From: Octopus bimaculoides
Taxonomy: Eukaryota
Reading direction: 5' to 3'
DNA: 64,000 nt
NCBI RefSeq assembly: GCF_001194135.2
Contig: NC_068988.1
Location: forward strand, 93,203,705 to 93,267,704
Shown here: one piece after another, positions 63,278 through 64,000 of the stretch
How positions within the stretch are numbered: position 1 is the first letter of the stretch
How the letters are laid out: each line of letters begins with the position of its first letter
Made by a program: the position numbers and the translations under genes
The notes under the pieces: model-generated
The model's database searches: none
What the model was told of the DNA's origin: nothing
What the model saw: only the letters and a program-made list of their open reading frames with translations

Positions 63278-64000
63278 GTGTGAGTCTTTGTGTCTGTGTG
63301 TGTATATGTATGTATATATATATATCATATATACATGTATGAATGGACAACTCAAAACATCCTTAGACATGCTTCATAAGTGTAGCTATTTATTGTCCAT
63401 TAATTATGATTTATGTGGAAATGTTTCTAAGTTAATTTACCAAGATCTTTTTTATTCTCATTATGTTATCTATCTGTCTTTCTGTCTGTCTCTCTGTCAC
63501 CATTTGTCTCTGCCTGTAAGATGAGGACAAATATCTGTCAAATGTAAATAATGTAAATAGTGTAAACACATACACATTCTCAAATATGCATACACCACAT
63601 ATACACACACATGAACACACACACACATGAACACACACACACATGAACACACACACATGAACACACACACACACACACACGATCTTATCATTATTGACCA
63701 GACTCTCAGATGTTACAGATCGCTGGTCACAATGCACTTTGCATTGTTTTAGCTTTTGAATGATGCTACCATGCTGGCTAGGCGGGCAGGCCAACACCTT
63801 CTCCTTAATCAGGAGGCTAGTCCATTGTAGGGTGACCCGTTTACAGGCGAGTGGACTGGAGCAACATGGAAAAATGAAGTGTTTTGCTCAAGAACACAAC
63901 ACACCACTGAATCCAGCCAGGAAGTGAACCCACGATCTAGTGATTATGAGGGCAACTCCCAAACCACAAGGCCACATGTCTTTGTACACACACACACACA

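Noticed and set aside
57007-64000. Remaining HTATSF1 RRM2/UHM exons
   Set aside because: No segment encoding an EI..DL..EC.KFG-like peptide was found; these exons are presumably downstream of the window.

Overview
Eukaryotic, AT-rich, repeat-dense genomic DNA with eight N-gaps. The repeat families and a mollusc-type 5S sequence suggest an octopus-like cephalopod; this is an inference from recall, not a database match. The one gene I can identify with confidence is the 5' part of HTATSF1 (Tat-SF1/CUS2) on the + strand: five phase-consistent coding exons at 51.4-57.0 kb plus a probable 9-nt MSG first exon at 46.76 kb. The rest of the gene lies beyond the window. CpG-rich promoter-like islands sit at about 6 kb and 46-47 kb. 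Weaker exon candidates suggest an unidentified minus-strand gene head-to-head with HTATSF1 and a small minus-strand gene at 4.5-5.9 kb. Most other sequence is RTE LINE fragments, several tRNA-derived SINE families, Helentron-like and piggyBac-like non-autonomous elements, mariner/Tc1 relics and micro/minisatellites. The most notable observation is a recurring tRNA-headed short element that carries a minimal type I hammerhead ribozyme of the Penelope/retrozyme kind and tends to occur as head-to-head palindromes. One copy also hosts a poly(A)-tailed chimera of 5S rRNA and a SINE tail. No CRISPR array or intact transposon ORF is present. The long X-containing ORFs in the track are gap artefacts.
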